A stretch of DNA of 64,000 bases from Bacteroidota bacterium (GTDB lineage: Bacteria > Bacteroidota > Bacteroidia > 2-12-FULL-35-15), in the NCBI GenBank assembly GCA_947447995.1, contig CANFLQ010000003.1, positions 2,742-66,741 on the forward strand, written 5' to 3'. The notes below the pieces were generated by a model. The model did not search any database, was not told where the DNA came from, and worked only from the letters and a program-made list of their open reading frames with translations. Made by a program: the position numbers and the translations under genes. This document shows positions 63,290 through 64,000 of this stretch, in pieces. Within the stretch, counting starts at the first letter, position 1. Every line of letters starts with the position of its first letter.

Positions 63290-63829
63290 TTAGGCAGAAG
63301 CCTTCAATCTAACAGAATTATTTAAGGCTTCTACTTGTGTTTGTCCTATTTCCAAAACAATTCCTTTACCTATAGAATACAAAGAAAGTAACAACTTACC
63401 TTTGCCATTATGGCGTATTATTTGAGCGTAATTATCTTTAAAAGGGCCAGATGTTATCAACACTTCTTGTCCTGGCTCAAATGTTGTATCAATTACTTCT
63501 AATTCAAAATTAGTAGAAATAGCTATTTTAATAGCTTCTAAATGTTTTGAATTAACTGTAGCGTATTTTCCTCCAAAAGAAACAAAACGAACAATCCCAG
63601 GTGTATTTAAAATCTTATAACGTTCATTTTCAGAAAATTGAATAAATAGGTATCCTGGAAATAATGGGACTTCAACTTCTTTTATTCGATCACTCCAAAC
63701 GTTCTTTTTTTTTGTAAGAGGCAGGTATGCTGAGACACCACATTTAATCAAGTAATTAGTGCATTTTTTTTCAAAACGAGAGCGTGTTTGAATAACATAC
63801 CAAGGGCTTTCTACTACTATGCCTTTCAT
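63290..63829 (-). CDS. UpxY-family NusG-like transcription antiterminator
   Basis: 179 aa. WYVIQTRSRFEKK NGN start and a KOW motif GQEVLITSGPFKDNYAQI. It is the first gene of the polysaccharide locus, as in Bacteroides capsule loci. Confidence 0.85.
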   Translation of the reverse strand: MKGIVVESPWYVIQTRSRFEKKCTNYLIKCGVSAYLPLTKKKNVWSDRIKEVEVPLFPGYLFIQFSENERYKILNTPGIVRFVSFGGKYATVNSKHLEAIKIAISTNFELEVIDTTFEPGQEVLITSGPFKDNYAQIIRHNGKGKLLLSLYSIGKGIVLEIGQTQVEALNNSVRLKASA

Positions 63830-63893
63830 GGGGGCAAATGTATGTTTTTTTTCGATTTATGTGATTAGATAATCGAAAAAAATTATAAAAATT

Positions 63894-64000
63894 TTACGCT
63901 GCCGACCAACCTCCATCCATTGGAATAGCAGAACCTGTTATCATTGCAGCATTATCCGATGCTAAAAACAAAGCCAGAGCGCCTAAAGCTTCAATGCTAA
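63894..64000 (-). CDS. C-terminal end of an SDR-family oxidoreductase (gene continues beyond the window)
   Basis: My minus-strand translation gives ...SIEALGALALFLASDNAAMITGSAIPMDGGWSAA*, with the stop at 63894-63896. This is a typical SDR C-terminus. Confidence 0.75.
   Translation of the reverse strand, partial: SIEALGALALFLASDNAAMITGSAIPMDGGWSAA

Noticed and set aside
63845-63882. A/T-flanked palindrome upstream of upxY, considered as the terminator of the upstream SDR gene
   Set aside because: On both strands the T-tract precedes the stem and the A-tract follows it, which is the reverse of an intrinsic terminator. The stem has only two G-C pairs. I kept it only as an observation in the findings.

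Overview
Low-GC chromosomal window that looks like Bacteroidota, judging from HU, ribosomal protein THX, a UpxY-type NusG paralog, DUF1573, a PUR-like DUF3276 protein and TAnnTTTG-type -7 boxes. Bases 1 to about 35.8 kb hold tightly packed housekeeping genes: lon (truncated at the window start), ligA, prmC, ribD, fmt, HU, a TrmH-like methyltransferase, THX, an ABC exporter, the nusB-DUF1573-yajC-ybbR-coaE block, nnr, pntAB, recA, bcp, dnaE, a tandem Usp, and pyrR-pyrB. Bases 35.8-63.8 kb form one co-directional (minus strand) surface-polysaccharide locus of about 28 kb and 26 intact genes, of the Wzx/Wzy type. It starts with a UpxY antiterminator and ends with a WecA-like initiating transferase, a Wza-like exporter and Wzz. 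The locus carries a complete legionaminic-acid-type nonulosonic acid (NulO) gene set: LegB/C/H/I/G, PtmE/PtmF and a cytidylyltransferase. The most interesting part lies just downstream of that set. A second cytidylyltransferase paralog is fused to a class-III aminotransferase, followed by a PtmA-like SDR, a 2OG/Fe(II)-oxygenase-like protein, two more Gfo/Idh/MocA oxidoreductases and an SGNH hydrolase. Further downstream sit an orphan GT-B-like protein with a sialyltransferase-type HP motif and an internally deleted IS4-family remnant. I read this as a candidate pathway to an undescribed legionaminic-acid derivative. This rests on motif reading only; no database search was possible. I saw no rRNA, tRNA, CRISPR array or recognisable defence system. 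Two long imperfect palindromes (REP-like) and several clean intrinsic terminators lie in the housekeeping part. Some ORF-track starts are TTG or GTG, and I moved them to downstream ATGs where the protein N-terminus supports it.
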